Source: an uncultured Pelagibacteraceae bacterium (GTDB lineage: Bacteria > Pseudomonadota > Alphaproteobacteria > Pelagibacterales > AG-422-B15). From it: a stretch of DNA of 64,000 bases. The DNA lies in the NCBI GenBank assembly GCA_902523455.1, contig CABYZG010000002.1, positions 43,652 through 107,651 of the forward strand, written 5' to 3'. Both the position numbers and the translations under genes were made by a program. Positions 62,432 to 64,000 of this stretch are shown here, one piece after another (position 1 is the first letter of the stretch; the number at the start of each line of letters is the position of its first letter). The notes beneath the pieces are model-generated. The model was not told the DNA's origin, searched no databases, and worked only from the letters and a program-made list of their open reading frames with translations.

Positions 62432-62870
62432 TCATTTTTTTAAAATTTACCTGAGGCATATCAACACTTACACAAGTTGATGTTGAGGTAACAACAGTCC
62501 TATTATTTTGCTCCAGTCTACCCTCTAAGAATACAATATTTTTTCCAGATTTCACCACTCGTCCATATCCAATAACTTTTCCTGGTTTAGTTGGATACAA
62601 ATAATTTGTTTTCAGTTCTATTGTTGGTGGTCTTTTTTTGAAATGATTTTGAAATATAAATGCTAATGCAGTTGCATCATCTACCATTCCACTTACAATA
62701 CCTCCTTGGACGTCACCTGCAGGGTTGCAATATTTTTTATCTATATCAAACTCAACTTTGATATTGCCAGCTGTAGTATCAACTTCAAGAACAGTCATAT
62801 TAAAAAGATCGAATAATTTATTCTTATTAAACAGCTTGATGAGTTCAGCATCTGAGATTTTTTCAGTCAT
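62409..62870 (-). CDS. PaaI-family hotdog thioesterase
   Basis: NPAGDVQGGIVSGMVDD, TIELKTNYL, GKNIVFLEG. Confidence 0.85.
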   Translation of the reverse strand: MTEKISDAELIKLFNKNKLFDLFNMTVLEVDTTAGNIKVEFDIDKKYCNPAGDVQGGIVSGMVDDATALAFIFQNHFKKRPPTIELKTNYLYPTKPGKVIGYGRVVKSGKNIVFLEGRLEQNNRTVVTSTSTCVSVDMPQVNFKKMIGDNNEK

Positions 62871-62875
62871 ATTGA

Positions 62876-63265
62876 TTATTCGTATTTAAGTTTTTCTGGA
62901 AATACCATTGGTCCCAATGGTCTTCCCGCGAGTAAATGAAAATGTAAGTGAGGTACTTCTTGATGCGCATCCTTACCAGCATTTGCAATGAGCCTATATC
63001 CTCCTCCTCCAGATTTTTCACTTATACCCAACATATCTGCCACGTTTGAAATAGCCCGGTTGAAACCAACTATTTCTTCGTCAGAGGCATTCGCACTAAA
63101 ATCATTTATGTCTATGTATTCCCCTTTTGGAATTACTAAGGCATGTGAAGGTGCTTGCGGACGAATATCTTTGAATGACAGGACATATTCATCCTCATAA
63201 ATTTTATCACAAGGGATTTCACCTCTTAAAATCTTAGCAAAAATATTTTCCTTATCATATGACAT
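62876..63265 (-). CDS. Histidine triad nucleotide-binding protein (HinT-like)
   Basis: NIFAKILRGEIP, FKDIRPQAPSH, QEVPHLHFHLLAG. Confidence 0.95.
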   Translation of the reverse strand: MSYDKENIFAKILRGEIPCDKIYEDEYVLSFKDIRPQAPSHALVIPKGEYIDINDFSANASDEEIVGFNRAISNVADMLGISEKSGGGGYRLIANAGKDAHQEVPHLHFHLLAGRPLGPMVFPEKLKYE

Positions 63266-63576
63266 TAATCTCTAAGTCCTGTTTTACCCTCTCTTTTTTC
63301 TAACTCTTCATAGACTTGGTCAGGAGTAATATCAAATTTTTTCAACATGACTAACAAATGATAAATAAGATCTGCCGATTCATAAATTATTTGCTCTACA
63401 TTATCTTCTTCAGCGGCCTCCACAGTTTCAAGTAATTCCTCTTTTAACTTTTCTATACATTTACTTTTTCCTTCTGATATAAGTTTTGCCGTATAAGATT
63501 TTGAAGGGTCTTCATTAGCATGTGAAATAATTGTATCAAAGAGCCGAGCTAATACATCAACTTTTTTACTACTCAT
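63265..63576 (-). CDS. hisE: Phosphoribosyl-ATP pyrophosphatase
   Basis: SYTAKL, KLKEELLE, ESADLIYH, EELEKREG. Confidence 0.93.
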   Translation of the reverse strand: MSSKKVDVLARLFDTIISHANEDPSKSYTAKLISEGKSKCIEKLKEELLETVEAAEEDNVEQIIYESADLIYHLLVMLKKFDITPDQVYEELEKREGKTGLRD

Positions 63577-63860
63577 TCCACTCCCTCAACAATTGCAAAA
63601 ATTCTATCCTTTTCGTCTCCCAAGATTTTTTTTGCATTTTGATATTCTTCTGAGTTATAAGCCTGTTTAGCTATTTCAATTGTCTCATACTCAACTATGA
63701 CGTTTCTTTTAAACTCTTTACCTTCCATAGTTGTTTGTTCGCCACCCCGTACTAAAAATTTACCATTGTATTTTTTGACTGCCTCAGTTGCATACTCTGC
63801 ATATAATTTTTGCTTGTCCGGATGTAACACATTAACTTTTACTACCCAATAACCTTTCAT
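63573..63860 (-). CDS. DUF1330 domain protein
   Basis: KYNGKFLVRGG...MEG...RNVIVEYET...AYNSEEYQ. Confidence 0.88.
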   Translation of the reverse strand: MKGYWVVKVNVLHPDKQKLYAEYATEAVKKYNGKFLVRGGEQTTMEGKEFKRNVIVEYETIEIAKQAYNSEEYQNAKKILGDEKDRIFAIVEGVE

Positions 63861-63862
63861 AA

Positions 63863-64000
63863 TTAAATCCTAACTGCTATATTTTGTTCAGCAAGATATG
63901 TTTTTACATCTTTAATACTATATTCTCCGAAATGAAAAATAGAGGCAGCTAATAGAGCGCTAGCTCCCCCCTTTAATACACCTTCAACAAAGTGCTCAAG
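63863..64000 (-). CDS. hisF: Imidazole glycerol phosphate synthase cyclase subunit, 3' end (not in the ORF track)
   Basis: Manual translation [45 protein letters not shown], the typical HisF C-terminus; upstream of hisE. Confidence 0.92.
   Translation of the reverse strand, partial: LEHFVEGVLKGGASALLAASIFHFGEYSIKDVKTYLAEQNIAVRI

Overview
This is 64 kb of core chromosome from a low-GC (roughly 30% by eye), very tightly packed alphaproteobacterium. Gene order and protein types resemble streamlined marine lineages, but the exact lineage cannot be fixed from the sequence alone. Contents in order: a 5'-truncated ferritin-like diiron gene; regB-regA; a YgjP/M48 gene; rpsT-dnaA-dnaN-recF-gyrB with mutM; ubiE-ubiB-coaBC-dut; irr-rubrerythrin-Fe-S oxidoreductase-DUF3501; fabA-fabB-fabI; an ~18 kb minus-strand run tsaB-fur-acyltransferase-miaB-phoH-ybeY-corC-lnt-metK-trmB-nusA-infB-rbfA-truB-rpsO-pnp-purF; a polysaccharide deacetylase/glucosaminidase pair; murJ-trpS-usp-nfuA; maeB; rsmI-BON-gshB-esterase; an LpoA-like lipoprotein; rph-rdgB; grpE-dnaK-dnaJ-dapB-nth-SDR-pfkB-SDR; and hisF(3' end)-DUF1330-hisE-HIT-PaaI-oxidoreductase-GT9. 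I found no rRNA, tRNA, CRISPR array, IS element, integrase or prophage gene. The best candidate for an interesting system is the rubrerythrin module. Its 97-bp upstream spacer carries two tandem Fur-family operators: a near-perfect Irr ICE box and a 16/19 classical Fur box. An intrinsic terminator separates rubrerythrin from its partner genes. Other notable signals are a promoter-terminator leader in front of nusA where rimP normally sits, a long palindrome-rich dnaA leader, back-to-back divergent start codons (CATATG) at rsmI/lpoA, and stop-codon overlaps at 7 of 8 convergent junctions. All functional assignments come from motif recognition and recalled synteny, not from database searches.
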